Origin: Octopus sinensis
Taxonomy: Eukaryota
DNA length: 64,000 bases
Assembly: GCF_006345805.1 (NCBI RefSeq)
Contig: NC_043008.1
Location: forward strand, 36,828,001-36,892,000
Direction: 5' to 3'
Positions within the stretch are counted from its first letter, which is position 1, and the number at the start of each line of letters is the position of its first letter. Made by a program: the position numbers and the translations under genes. Under the pieces are notes generated by a model. That model saw only the letters and a list, made by a program, of their open reading frames with translations. It ran no database searches and was not told where the DNA came from. Of this stretch, positions 1-14,509 are shown piece by piece.

Positions 1-522
1 AACTCTTAGGCCCTTTGATTCTAGACCTTGCTTCCACACTTGAACCTTCATCTCTAGTTCTGGTAGTGACTCAGCTATTAGAGCAAAGTAATCAGCATAG
101 AGGAGTTCCAGGACAGCAAGATTTCCGGTATTGGTGGTGGAGGTGAGAATGGGTTAGTGGATGACGAACAAGGAATGATTATTTTAGAGATAGTATGAAA
201 ATATTTAGCCAACGTGAAAACACAGGGAGATAAAAACTAAGGCTTTAGAGAGAATTCAATTTGTGAGTTATATGAAGAATTAAGAAGAAAAACTAAGACT
301 GAGAAAGATTACGATTTGGAAGTTATATGAAGCATTAATTTAAATAAATGGTTTACAAAACTACATATTAGCAATAATGCAGGTTAGATGAATGAATGAA
401 TAAAGCGATCAAAAAACGAGAGAATATCTTAGCTTAGCTGTGCATATCATGGGTGCCAACAATAACCAAACACTGGAGTAAGCTGCATGAAAGTCTGAGA
501 GGAAAACATGTGCTAAAAGTTC

Positions 523-562
<40 letters not shown>

Positions 563-779
563 TATGGCCGGAAGTGGACATATGAATGAGCATTTTTGCC
601 TTAATACACAAGCACACACAAATGTATATAGGTGTGTGTGTGTATGTGTGTGTGTGTGTGTATATATGTAGGTGTGTGTACGTATGTGGTGTGCTAAACA
701 TCCATAAATTAGAAAGCCAGGCACTTGTATATTTGTCAATAGAGTGGGTATATTAATATTTAATATATTAAATAGTAAT

Positions 780-1230
780 ACTGTATTCTTTTTTCTGTTG
801 TTTCTGTCATTTGACTGTGGCCATGTTGGAACACCACTTTAAAGGAGTTTAATTGAAGAAATCGACCCCATGGCTTAATCTTTGTAAACCTGGTACTCAT
901 TCTATTGGTCTTCTTTTGCTGAACTGCTAGGTTACAGGGACATAAACACACCAGCATTGGTTGTCGAGCAATGGCGGTGGAGACAAACACAGACATACAC
1001 ATACACACACACACACAGATACGTACACTTACACACACATGCACACTCACACACACGCATATATAATTGGTTTCTTTCAGTTTCCATCTACCAAATCAAC
1101 TCACAAGGCTTTGGTTGGCCCTAGGCTATAGTAGAAGACACTTGTCCAAGGTACCACACAGTGGGACTGAACCTGGAACCATGTGGTCGGGAAGTAAGCA
1201 TCTTATCACACAGCCACATCTGCACCTGTA
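780..1230 (-). mobile_element. tRNA-derived SINE, family S2 (internal (CA)n)
   Basis: Minus-strand head ggctgtgtgataagatgcttacttcccgaccacatggttccaggttcagtccc; homologous to 9064, 50100 and 61510. Confidence 0.82.
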
Positions 1231-1269
<39 letters not shown>

Positions 1270-1270
<1 letters not shown>

Positions 1271-1420
1271 GGGAGAGTTTATGAAAAAAACGAAAGACGA
1301 AGACAGGTGGTGTAAAAAACAGACAGATGTATTAGTATAACACTCAGGAATAGAAAAAGTTTTTTACGTTTCGAGCCTATGCTCTTGTACAGAAAGGGAC
1401 ACAGAAAAACAAGATGATAT
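1270..1420 (-). mobile_element. Penelope-like terminal-repeat fragment, family B, with degenerate HHR (1361-1396)
   Basis: Homologous to 12905-13060, 42184-42345 and 56870-57025. Minus strand reads cuuu-CUGUACA-a-gagc(auag)gcuc-GAAA-c-GUA; 3' end abuts (TA)n. Confidence 0.7.
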
Positions 1421-1752
1421 ATATATATATATATATATATGGCAAATGGAAGACGGGAGATGGAATATGCATATAGATGTATATAAGAACATTGCTTATA
1501 AATATATATAAATCCAACAGCTAAGGAATAGAATAGAGAAAATCTGGGCTACAAATGTTTCAAATCTGGGACCTTTGAAGTGGTAAATATCCAAGCATAG
1601 TGTGTACCACAGGCTACTCTTCAGGCCAAAGGCATCTTGACTAAATGAAGTTTACTTTGTCTTTAGGAGATCCATGTTAACACACTTACGAGGAATTGTA
1701 TTTCTAAGTTTTCATTTTCAGCTGTGTGTGTGTGTGTGTTTGTTTGTGTGTG

Positions 1753-1784
<32 letters not shown>

Positions 1785-3087
1785 GTTTGTGTGTGTGTGT
1801 GTGTGCACGTGAACGTGCGTGCGTGTGTGTATGTATTTATATATTTACTAATATATCAGTTCAGTGTTCTTTTAAATAGAAACATGTAAGCAAATCACAT
1901 ATTTGTTCCTACAGAGAAAATATAATCTGTGATTAATCACAGATTTTTAGTGGCTGGAATGGAGGAATCAAGCAGCAGCAATTGACTTGTTTTTCTCTAG
2001 AACTTATCAGGATTGCTTATCTCACATCTCAACTAACAAACCAAAGTTATGGACAATATATATTCTTACGGAATGCATAAACAACCTATTACTAGTCTGA
2101 AGTCATTAAGTGAAGCAAAATTGATGGCCAGCATATAAACATACAACACACACAGAAACACACTCACACACACACACACACACAAATGTACATACACACA
2201 ACCACATATATATCGAATCCCCGTGAGACCAAGATGCAACTAAAAATAAATTGTGCTGTCATCTATAAATTGCCTTGATTTATTTGAAATATTTTGACAT
2301 GACGACTGAAGTTTAATTAATCAATTATTTCATTGATTAGTTAATTAGTTGAATCATTTACCACACCGACATTGTTTTGGCTTTGCTATCTATGTCTAAC
2401 TTGGTTCTCGCTGGTTGTCTGTCTCATTAATTGTCTATACACACACATAATTGTAAACTAATTAAGAAGCTGATGAATTATTTTCAACCATGTATATTCA
2501 TAAGTTGTGCATGTGTGTATGCACGTATGTGTGTGTGTGTGTACATTTATATTTATAGTCATGCGTGTATGTGTACATGTGTGTATATATATATAAATGT
2601 ATCTATCTATCTAAATCTTATAGATATATATATATGTCTTTCTTCACTTCTCTCTCTCTCTTTGATATATATAATAAAACAAGAAATTGAAAATTTTTTA
2701 ATATTATTAATTCACCATTACAGATGTTTCATTTGCTAATAGGAATTACAAAGTTTTAAATGTAACATAGACATGTAGAAATTCTTCAGACAGAAATTGA
2801 TTTCAAATTGAAGAATTTCTTATGGGGAATCCCTTACATGTGTATGCAGTGCGTTAAAACTTTGTAACTCAAATAGCAAATGAAATATGTGTAATGGTGT
2901 ACAAACAATACCAAAAAATCTCTAATTTCTTGATTTGTTATACAGTAACTCTGCAAATGATATTTCCATAAATATCAATTTTGATATGTATTTTGCAGTA
3001 ACATAAGACTACATGTTGGATTGCAATACTGGAAGATGCAGATGTACTTCAAGAAGAAACAGCTGGGATTTACTCTAACTATCTACA

Positions 3088-3123
<36 letters not shown>

Positions 3124-3539
3124 GACAGAGAGGGAGAGAGAGATGTGTGTTTATGCACATATATATATAATGTATTTGTAAATGTATATATATATATATT
3201 TTAGGGTAAAAATAGGGAAAAATAGGGTAAATGTTTTCATTTTTCATTCCCTTTCAGAACTGCAACTATTTGTGGCTTAGAGTTTTAACTGCTCTTTCTA
3301 GTAAGTCAGATGTCCTATCACTGGCCATCTCTTATGTGTTTGAATGTACACTGTATTCTTATATATATATATATGCATATGTATATATGTATATGCATCT
3401 CTGTATATGCATATGTATATATGTATATGTATTTGTATCTATACATATGTGTATCTATCTATGTATATGTTTGTGTGTGTGCATATATACATGTGTGTGT
3501 GTGTATGTAACTACATTGCTTCTATGAGCTTTCCATCAT

Positions 3540-4230
3540 CTGAGTGAGCCTTCTCCTGAACAGTCTCTCACCACTTCTTGTGGTTAGTCCCTTAGAATCT
3601 TTATTTTGAAGTTCAACATCCTGATATCAGTTTTCATCATTTCTTTCCCTATATTCTTTGCTCTTCCTCTTTTACAGATTCCTTCTGCATTTATCATTTG
3701 CTACTGTTTTTTTTTCCCTGGTTTTGTCCTTTACACATATCATTTGTCCTATGAACATAGTCTCCTTTCTTGATCTCTACAGCTGTTTCCACTTATATCC
3801 AGATTTATCTTCCCTTGCTATTTCTCCTTTCTTTATTTATCCTACCATTACTCCCTTATTTGAATTACCCTAGCTTCATTTCTTTCCAGCTTTACAGCCA
3901 CCCACAGCTACTGCTTGTGTTTCAGTACCTTATACTGTTACTCTTCAGGATTCAAGTGCCATACAATCTTCCTTCACTCAGAGAGGGAATCCTGTTAGTT
4001 CTTGCTTCCACTTGACCCACCATCACTGTAGAAACTGTTAACTACTTCTTGGGAAACTTCCTGCCTTTTTTTTTCTTTACTAACTACGATTATGTATCTA
4101 CTACTTACAAAGTCCCATGATCTCATTCTACTTCTTATGCACTCATACTTCATATTGGATATACCATATTCTATTCTGACCCATTTCTTTGCTTCATAGC
4201 AAACATGGTTATAAAGTCCTGTCATCTTCC
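3540..4230 (-). mobile_element. Very old LINE (RTE-like) RT remnant
   Basis: Purine-rich minus strand with many stops and faint similarity to RTE RT domains 4-7 (KWVRIEYGIS..; EDCMALES..GNSNKGVMV). Weak. Confidence 0.35.
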
Positions 4231-5480
4231 CAGCTCACTAAAACCTGTTATTGTGATGTATACACTAAAGTCACTCATTTCGAAGTTTTGTTGCTAACTC
4301 ATCTAGAATTTCTTCCTTGGATACAGCCTATATTCCTTTATTATTTTTTCTGATTTCAGTAATTTGAGTGTGACCATGCTGAGACTTTAGTCAACAATAT
4401 TAACATTATTACATCTTTTTGGTATTTATTTTTTTCCAATTAGCGACTCATTTCAACAGATCATTATTTTGTGTTGTTTTTTGTATTTTGTGATGCTGTC
4501 GTTGTTGGTGTTGGAAGGTTAGCTTCTTATATTTACAATTGCTTAAAGAAAAAGGCTGACCAAGGAGCTGACAGTTAGTTCTTGAATAGTTAGCTACACA
4601 CATGCATCAGGTGAATGCCAAGGGGAGAATATTTAGATGTTCGCTAATCATGTAATTAAAGACTACAGTGTGGATATAAAATGATAAAGGAAGTAAAATA
4701 GACCAAAGAATTGCTCCCTCCCCAACTACATTTTTTTATGGCTTCAATATAAAATTCTCTCCTGAACAAGCTTATTATATCTATGAAAGATAAGCCAACT
4801 TTTGCTACCAACTTCTTTACAATAGTTCAAGCCTCACTAAACTAATCATAATTACTTCTGTTATTCAAAGCCTTTAATTAGATTACTATTCATGTCTTCT
4901 TTAAATGCATTAGTGTCTACTGAATAACATAGTTTAATGATGGCATCTTTAACAATAAATACACTAATATATTCGTTGGTAAAAAAATAGGTGAGAGAAT
5001 TTGGGGTAAAAAAATGTAAATAATTGCAAAAAATTTCTTATTCCAATATCACTCATCTTAATCTAAAAATGCAGCAAAAAAAAAAAATTAAAAAGGGAAA
5101 AGAAATTGATCAGTCTATCTCTTGTTATTTATATATCCCTCATGGATATGGTGTGATAAATTATATTGGCTGTTTTAATTTTCCTTATTAAATACATCCA
5201 TTTATGTGTGATTATCACATCATGACTGGTAAAATCTCAGGATTTCACTGATGATGTATCATTAGAGTGACACTAGGGATGATATGCTGTATGGTAGCAC
5301 TTTCAAAGCCATCCCCGCTTGGAGAAACAGACGTGATGACAATGACGAAATAGATGATGACAACATCATTCATCTACCTCTTTAATGTGTACTCAGGGCC
5401 AATGATATGTATAAAGTAGAAATGGCATGGTCAAGTAGATAGTGTACTGGAATATCAATCCATAGGTAGCAAGTTCAAAT

Positions 5481-5775
5481 TGTGGAGGCACATGGCCTAG
5501 TGGTTAGAGCAGTGGACTCGCAGTCAAGGGATCGTGGGTTTGAATCTCAGACTGGGTGACGTGTGTGTTTATGAGTGAAAACACCTAAGCTCCACGCGGC
5601 TCCGGCAGAAGGTAATGGTGAACTTCTGCTGACTCTTTCACCACAACTTTCTCTCACTCTTTCCTCCTGCATCTTGCAGCTCACCTGTGACGGACCGGCG
5701 TCCCATCTAGGTGGGGAACCTATACGCCAAGAAACTGAGAAACCGGCCCTTATGAGCCAGGCATGGCTTGAGAAG
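5481..5775 (+). mobile_element. tRNA-derived SINE, family S1
   Basis: Head ggaggcacatggcctagtggttagagc...gggtttgaatc (A and B boxes); body homologous to 14199 and 54700. Confidence 0.85.
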
Positions 5776-7630
5776 GAACAAACAAAACAAAACAAAACAA
5801 ACAAGTTCAAATTCACTGCAGGCATTACACCTGTGTTAATTCATGTAGTAAGGTTTACCTAGTTCTCAAGAATAGGCATGAGAATGCTCTCTGAGGAATT
5901 TGTCTTGGGCAATTCATTTTAATTCTACGCCCCTGGATTGCCTAGTCATTGAGATTAAGAATATTTGTTTTCCATCTACTCTGGTGTGTATTTGAATATT
6001 ATCCTTGATTCTGTGTGCTGCAGTCTGCATAACTGTTAAAATATAAACAAGATCACAAAATGTTATCAGATATGCTTTGAATGCCATCAGAAAAAGATTT
6101 GTTTTCCAAATATTTTTCTCTTTTTCCTTTTTTTATTTTTATTTTTTTTTTTTGCTGATAATTTTCTTTCTTGGATTACTGTGGAATCGAAAAAACTGTG
6201 TTCACAGTCTTCACAGCATTTCCAAGATCGGTGAGATTAGCACTGTTAATGTCGTTCTTGAGCAGTTTCTAGTCAACAACTGTAGGAAAAGCAAGTGCAA
6301 GGAAGGAATTGAGGAACACTGTAAAAGTAGAACAATTCAAATAACAGTCCTCAAAAATTCTTCAGGAGCTTTGAAGATATTTACTTTTTACGACATATTC
6401 CATCATAGGAATCACGACTTTACAAAACACTTATATTATTTAACTATTGCACCTACTGCTATATCGAATCTATTTACTGTTGGGTGTAGTGGACTAATGA
6501 GAGTTAACCCTTTCAAACCCAGTCCCTGTATCTAAATTTACCCTTAACCTGGGCTCCTGAGCAAAAACCTATACACAGCTCAAGAGTAACAATTACAGGC
6601 AAACTGATGGACAAAATCACAAAAAAATTCAGGAGACTAATAATAATAATAATATAATAATAATAATAGGCCTATCTCTTAGCTACCACATTTGTTCATT
6701 GCAGTTAAACTAATGGACAGAATCACAGAAAAAGAATAAAAAAAGGAATCAAGAGAAGGACAATGATAGGCCTCTCTCTTAACTGCTGTATTTGTTTACT
6801 GAAATCTCTACTTTCACCACTTTGATTATCTGAATCACTCTCATTGTCTGTCTAAGGATAAAGTCTTCATCCTAAGAATAAACATCATGAATAAATAAGC
6901 GCTGGGTTCATCACATTCTTGTTTCATTTCAAAAATCCCGATTTTTTTTCCATTTTTTTTTTTCAAGCAAAAATAAACAACGACTTGGGGGGACACCAAT
7001 AACAATAAGTAATAAACATCTTTGGCTACAAAGTGGCAACAAGACTGGTTGTCGATTTTTAGTGTTTCATCTCCTTTATCTACATACATTGTTCATAACT
7101 GCTTTAAAGGGAGTCCAGCAAAGATTACATTTAAGCTTTTCCTGCTCTACTGGGAACACAGCACGAAAGGTTCAGAGGTCTTGACCTTTGATTTTGCAGC
7201 TCTGATAATTGTAATGAACCTTTAACCTTTCTCTGGATATGATAACTTAGCATCAATTTGACTTGCTTCAGATCCCTACTGAGATGGACATTAATCATTC
7301 ATGTGATATGCAAATATTCTACATCCATTGTCAATGACTAGCAAGCTGCTGTTTGCCTCTAATCACAAATTGTATGAAGTGGTCTCTTTTAACCTATACA
7401 TACATATAGGTTCGGTGAGGCTACAGGAAAATAGAATTCATACATGAGCATATATGTATGTATGTATGTATGTATGTATATATGTATGCATGTATGTATG
7501 TATGTATGTATGTATGTATGTATGTATGTATGCATGCATGTATGTATGTATGTATATATATATATATGTATATACATATATATATGTATATATATGTATG
7601 TATATATAATCATCATTTAATGTCCATTGT

Positions 7631-7674
<44 letters not shown>

Positions 7675-9063
7675 ATGTATATATATAATCATCATTTAAT
7701 GTCCATTGTCCATATATATGTATGTATGTATGGATGGATGGATGGATATATGTATTTATTTAGTATCAATAATCAGCTGAAATTACAGAGTGATTCAAGG
7801 ACTAAAAGTTTCATGCATTGGCAGCTGTCAATACACAAATATCTTGGCACTCTGTTACTTCTGTTTAATTTTTAATAATAAAATACACTCATGCACATAC
7901 GCCAAGCACAGTCAGCACACACACACACACACATGGGCACAAACAAACAAACAAACAAACAAACAAAAGGCATGTGCATGTGATTTTCCAGACTATATTG
8001 TAAGTAAATTTAAAATTTACTAGAATGTTTTATGCCTGGATAGAACTTGTGAGATTGATTCTCATTTGTTAAAGTAGGTTAAATGATTAGATTTTTGCAG
8101 ATTTATAGAATAGTTAACAGGTTTCTAATTATGCTTATCGTTATCAAGAGCCATTACAGGTTCCTAATCAGCAGAGGTTCCCCATTACGGCTGTTGATGT
8201 TATGGGCAATTGCACTGCAAGGCTGATAGCCTGTGTTTATGAATTGTGACCTTCAAGTAGTTGGAAATTTTCCAAGAGGAACCTCTCCTGACAGCAACAG
8301 GCAGTGCTTCTGATCTCCAGTTAAGAGATTTCTGGTTACTTCAAATAATGGGCAGTCTTTTAGGAATGTTACATATTCTATAGGACATGCTCAGGTATGT
8401 GTCACTGTGACAGAAATTTGAGTTTTTTTCTGTCCCTTAAACTTATCAATGTTCAAAGAAATGTCCCCTGGAAGTTGCTTCAGTTTGACTTTCAGTGCTA
8501 TCTGAAGGTATAATGGTTACTTTGTATATGAGATAAATGTTCCATGATGCTGTGGCTGTGTTAGGTGCATTTACAATTGTAGTATATGATCTGGGAAATA
8601 AAAATATATGTTGTTCATACAGGAACAACTTACTTTGACATTATGTTAGTTGAAAAGTTTAAGATGTACATCACATGGATGGTAAATGATTTCTTATAGG
8701 AATTAAGAAAATTCTAGTTATATTTTTGATAAACCAGATTACGTTCTATTTCTTGGTTCTACTCAGCTTTGTGATAGGCGAAGTCTTGTCCATATAAACT
8801 AGTTTTTCACTGTTGTTTCATTTAGCTAGTGCATCATTTTAATAGGAAACTATCCTACTTTAGATATTTCTTTTTGCAGACAGATCATAGGCTTTTCTAT
8901 TTATTTCAGCCACAAATTTCAAATTATGGTCAGCAATGGCTGGAATTTTTATGGGTGCAAATTGTGTCCTCATTTACATTAATGTGTGTGTGTGTGTGTA
9001 TACATATTTTATAAGTATATATACATACACACATTTTCACACACACACACACATGTATATATA

Positions 9064-9455
9064 TTCTCTTTTACTTGTTTCAGTCATTTGACTGTGGCCA
9101 TGCTGGAGCACAACCTTTAGTCAAGCAAATCGACCTCAGGACTTTTTCTTTGTAAGCCTAGTACTTATTCTATCAGTCACTTTTGCTGAACTGCTAAGTT
9201 ACGCGGATGTAAATGCACCAGTATCAGTAGTTAAGCGATGTTGGGGGAGGGGGAGACAAACACAGACACACATACCTTTATATATATTTATATATATATA
9301 CAACAAGCTTCTTTCAGTTTCCGTCCACCAAATCCACTCACAAGGCTTTGGTTGGCCCGAGGCCATAGTAAAAGACACTTGCCCAAGGTGCTACGCAGTG
9401 GGACTGAACCCGGAACCATGTGGTTGGTAAGCAAGCTACTTACCACACAGCCTCT
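9064..9455 (-). mobile_element. tRNA-derived SINE, family S2
   Basis: Full-length copy with minus-strand head ggctgtgtggtaagtagcttgcttaccaaccacatggttccgggttcagtccc. Confidence 0.85.
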
Positions 9456-9900
9456 CCTGTGCTTATATATGGTGAATGATTGACAAAAAGAGTGAAAGAC
9501 AGAAGAAAGATCAGTGTATGAAAGTTCATTTCTTTATCTTTCTTTTACTTCATACACTTGGCTCATATGACTTATACCATATGAATTGGAGTTTAAAACT
9601 TGTGTTTGAAATATTTCATTCCTGTATACATTTAGCAAGGGTTTTGATCTGAAAGCTCTGAACTCTGTGTGTTGCAACCAATATTGTTGTGTTTTGGAAG
9701 AGTTATCGTTGCTAATAATTATTCCACAAACATTACTACACACCTTCATACACACACACACAGACACACAGAGACATACACACACACATTCACAAACCCA
9801 TTCACACACATACATATGCACATACATACATACATACCCAGAAATGGACCGATTGTGTTTATTCATTTGTTAATGCTTTGCTTTTATTTGCTTATATGAA

Positions 9901-10036
9901 CATCAAAGTCTTTTGTCACACTCCTGTGACCTGTTCACCAAATCTGCTCAAACGGATGAGTTTTCAGACAGTCGGTTCTTAAGTTTTACATTAGATGAAT
10001 GAACAGTTCACAGGAGTGTAATGAATGGCTTTGAGA
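9901..10036. repeat. Short inverted repeat (20-bp core arms 9918-9937 and 10000-10019), probably a decayed family F-like fold-back
   Basis: acactcctgtgacctgttca versus tgaacagttcacaggagtgt (one mismatch); shares gacctgttcac with 60131-60141. Confidence 0.55.
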
Positions 10037-10426
10037 CTGCTAAGCAAATAATGAAAGAATTCAGAAACGAATAAGCACAATTGATCTCTCTCTATCTCTC
10101 AGATGGCTTGTGTGTATGTGTGTGTGTCTTTGTATGTGTGTTTGTGTGTCTGTGTGTGTGTGTGTGTGTATGTGTGTGTTTGTGTGTGTGTGAGTGTTTA
10201 ATTAATGTGATTCAGGTATTTTATTTTTGCCTTATTTTCTCATTAACCAACAATGAATGAATTACTCGACGTAAGAAGGTAATCATCTTTCGGAATCAAG
10301 CAATATTTAGAAATTTAAAAGTATTTAAATTGGAAATTTTTTTTCATGTGTCTGATATTAGGTAGTGAATCAGCTATTGATGGCTGTTTTGGTGGTTCTA
10401 TTTTCTGATTTGTTTTACTACATTAA

Positions 10427-10530
<104 letters not shown>

Positions 10531-11239
10531 GTGTATATATATATCTGTTCATGAATTTTAATCACACAGATTAAAATGATTTGCTATTTTTTAAATATTC
10601 ATTTCAAGTGAAAAGTTTTTGTGTGTTTATGTTATTTAATCATTTATTTATTGCAAGCAAAATGTCATTTATTTTCAGATTTACTGTAATTATTTGTTTT
10701 CCAACTTTTATTTCTGATGCAAATATGTAAGGATTCCTGGGAATGTAAACAGACAAAACTTCAAGAAATATAAAATTTAATATATTTCTTAGAAGCATTA
10801 TCCATGTGGAATAAATGAAGCTAACTCATATTTAGAAATATCTTAAGACAATGTGCAGAAAGAACAAAGCCTAAAAAATCAAGTTATCTTTAACTGATAA
10901 GAATCCCTCTCAGCTAAGGAAGGCATTAACTTAGTGATGGATACCCTGTATGAGAAGAGTTTAATGTGAATCAGTAATCACTTTTTGTAATCACAAACAC
11001 ACAAAATGAAGATCTGGTTTCTAAGGCTGGGCAAACTGGATTGTCTGGGGAATTCTAAAAGGATGAATCAGTTTTTGTTATTCCTGTAATTAGCAGCTAG
11101 GTGAAACATGACAATATTGGTTTATAAGTTCTTGCCAGAAACTCGAACATACCAGTAAAGAATTTAAATTCTTTGTCAGTGTTGTATTCTTCCATATGTT
11201 TGAATGCAAGGGTTGCATAACCTTGTAGCCTAAGCCAGG

Positions 11240-11736
11240 GGCGTAACCAGCCCACTTATGTGTACCTTCCCTTCATTGGACACTGCTTGCGAAGACTTGT
11301 TGAGGCAAGTGAAATCGGAATCAAAATCAAATTCAATGACTGGCATCCATGCTAGTGGAGCACTAAGAGCACCATATGAGCGTGATCATTGCCAGAGCAG
11401 CTAACTGGCATTTGTGCTGGTCACACGTAAAAAGCACCATTCGAGCGTGAACGCTACCAGCGTTGCCTTACTTGCACTTGTGCCGGTGTGTAGGTGACAC
11501 GTAAAAAAAAAAAGAAGATTTTCCGTGACCGTTACCAGTACCACCTGACTAGCCCTCGTGCCGGTGGCATGTAAAAGCACCCACTACACTCTCGGAGTGG
11601 TTGGCATTAGGAAGGGCATCTAGCTGTAGAAACTCTGTCAAATCCAGATTGGAGCCTGGTGCAGCCATCTGGTTCGCCAGTCCTCAGTCAAATCGTCAAC
11701 CCATGCTAGTATGGAAAGCGGACATTAAACGACGAC

Positions 11737-11770
<34 letters not shown>
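11240..11770 (+). mobile_element. RTE 3'UTR/tail fragment
   Basis: cccactacactctcggagtggttggcattaggaagggcatc...catgctagtatggaaagcggacattaaac followed by (GAT)n. Confidence 0.82.
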
Positions 11771-12904
11771 GTTGCATACTAGGGCATCAATAGAACTCTT
11801 GTTTCTCCTTAGTCTTATGTAAAGATGGCTCCCACTGTCAGCTTTAAGCTCCTTTTATGAAGCTGTTATGTATAGGCAGGCATCTAACACTGGAATTGTT
11901 TCCCCTGCCTCCATGTTCTTATTGGCACAGCAATCAATGACTAATAAGTCTCATGCCTTAACTACTCATTCAACTTGTTTTGGTTACACATATTTAAATA
12001 ATTAATAATAATAAAGTTAGAAAATTAAATTATCTCTTATGTGGAATTGTAATTGATTGGCGATTAGGAAATAGCATGCTCATGCAATTCACAAATTCAC
12101 ATGTACACACGGCTGTGGATAACTACGAAAGGATTCTACCTACACACGTGTGTATGTGTGTGCTTGTGCATATAAGTATGAATGTGTGTTTGTGTATGTG
12201 ATTGTGTGTGTGTGCGTACATGTAAGTATGAATGTGTGTTTGTTTATGAGATTGTGTGCATGTGTGGGTGTATGCTAGAAAGAGAGAATAGGGAGTATCT
12301 TACTTTTGTTTTCACCTACACAAACCTACACAAACTAGAGCAAAGGTGTATGTAAGACATAAAATATAATTATTCATTGGCTTGATGCTAAAACCGCTCC
12401 TGTTATTTCAAATTTCCTTGTTACCATCATAAAAACAGTGTCCTTCATTTCCAATCTTCTATGAAAATATGTCTTGCTCTGGGGAATTATTAACTTATTT
12501 GGAGACAGATGAGGCTTGGCAATAGGAAAGGCAAATGGCCAAAGAAAATATGCCCTAAGGAATTCTGTCTTATTCATGTAAATATGGAAAAGTGGACATT
12601 AAAATAATGAAGATGATGAAGATAATATATGATTTTTTCTTTGTTCCTTTCTACATCTATTTTTTTTCTATGTTAGTATGGGTTAGCTGAATATTTTATT
12701 GAGGCATTATCTTACAACTAAATCCCCTTCATCTCAATAGCCACATCTACTCTTTTGAGTAAGAAATTTCTTATTCACACATCTTTGAAGGCATGATGCC
12801 AGTATATGGTCTGTTGAGAAGTAAAATGACAACTTCATTGCCTCAAACTCAGCTATTTTTGAAAATGTACAGATGTATGAATATATATATATATATGTAT
12901 ATAG

Positions 12905-13060
12905 TTGAAATTTACAGAAAAACAAAAGACAATGAGAGGTGTATGAACAACAAGCAGGTGTATTAATTTGACACTTGGGAAAGTGAGAAAGTCTTTTATT
13001 TTTCAAGCCAATGCTCTTCAACAGAAAGGGATATGAGGAAAAAAACAGAGAGAATTAAAA
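12905..13060 (-). mobile_element. Family B fragment with degenerate HHR (~12993-13028)
   Basis: Minus strand cuuu-CUGUUGA-a-gagc(auug)gcuu-GAAA-aaua-aaag, with flanks homologous to the other family B copies. Confidence 0.6.
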
Positions 13061-13245
13061 AAAAAAACTTGTGGGATTAGGGATCAATCATGGTGACTGG
13101 TTGCGAAAAAATAGTTTGACAGCAGAGCTAGGAAGTAGGGGAGATAATAAAGTACTGGTGATCTCAAAACAAAGGTGCACATGCATGTTTGTATGTGAGT
13201 GTGTGTGTGTGTGTGGATACACACACACACATATATGTGTGTGTG

Positions 13246-13333
<88 letters not shown>

Positions 13334-13530
13334 CATGCATGGATAGTCATGTGCTCAACGTATATAAAATCAGTTTTTGCTACCTGCCAATCATGTGCCT
13401 GACGATGAGGGAAATGGCTTTATATTATGATGTAATATACATATAATCCAGTGGTTCCCTGCCCTTTTATTTTGAATGAATTTTCTCATGGATCCCTTTT
13501 AGTATGCTTATCCTTATGTGTATGTATTTA

Positions 13531-13578
<48 letters not shown>

Positions 13579-13992
13579 ATATATATATATGAAATTTTTG
13601 AATTTAGTTCATGGTCCCCAAGTATTACCTTTCCAGACCGCAAGTTGGGATTCACTGATATAATCAATGGCCACCTTACTTTTGAAACATATGCCACAGT
13701 GAACAGTGATTTTCCATTCATGTTATTTATATATTTTTATATTTATATACACACATATACAATATACAATATGTGACCAGTTGCTATAAGAATTGGTGTT
13801 ATGTAGTGCTTGTCATCCTGTCAAAATTATTCCAGATTTGTTATGAAGGAAGTGGATTTTATACATTGATTAATAAATTCACTGATCTATAAACATTCCT
13901 TTGAGTTTTCTGTACAAGCCAGTTGTATGCTGGATGTTAATGAGCAAATGACCATGATCTATGAACTTCTTATGAACTGATATATATATGTA

Positions 13993-14066
<74 letters not shown>

Positions 14067-14113
14067 GTATATATATATATGTATATCTATCTGTCTATCT
14101 ATCTATCTATCTA

Positions 14114-14162
<49 letters not shown>

Positions 14163-14198
14163 TATGTGTGTGTGTTGTGTGTGTGTGTGTGTGTGTCT

Positions 14199-14478
14199 AT
14201 GGAGGTGCAATGGCCCAGTGGTTAGGGCAGCGGACTTATGGTTTAGATTCCCAGACCGGGTGTTGTGTTTGTTTATTGAGCGAAAACACCTAAAGCTCCA
14301 CAAGGCTCTGGCAGGGAGTGCTGGCGATCCCTGTTGTACTCTTTCGCTCCAACTTTCACTCCATCTTCCTGTCTTTTGAGTAACTGGCATCCCATCCAGC
14401 TGGGGGGAACACATATGCCACAGAAACTGGGAAACCAGACCCATGAGCCTGGCTAGGCTTGAAAAGGGCGCATAAATA

Positions 14479-14485
<7 letters not shown>
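14199..14485 (+). mobile_element. tRNA-derived SINE, family S1
   Basis: ggaggtgcaatggcccagtggttagggcagcggac head; same body as 5481. Confidence 0.82.

Positions 14486-14509
<24 letters not shown>

Noticed and set aside
5481-5560. tRNA gene
   Set aside because: The tRNA-like head continues into a SINE body shared by several copies, and there is no acceptor-stem closure or terminator.
6077-6535. 152-aa ORF as a host gene
   Set aside because: Low-complexity T-rich start, no domain motif and no clear splice context.
8101-8396. Exon-like segment bounded by tttttgcag and caggtatgt
   Set aside because: All three frames contain stops. It could be a non-coding exon but cannot be supported without RNA data.
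8923-8985. Possible small hydrophobic exon (TNFKLWSAMAGIFMGANCVLIYIN)
   Set aside because: The donor is weak, runs into (GT)n, and the peptide has no recognisable homology.
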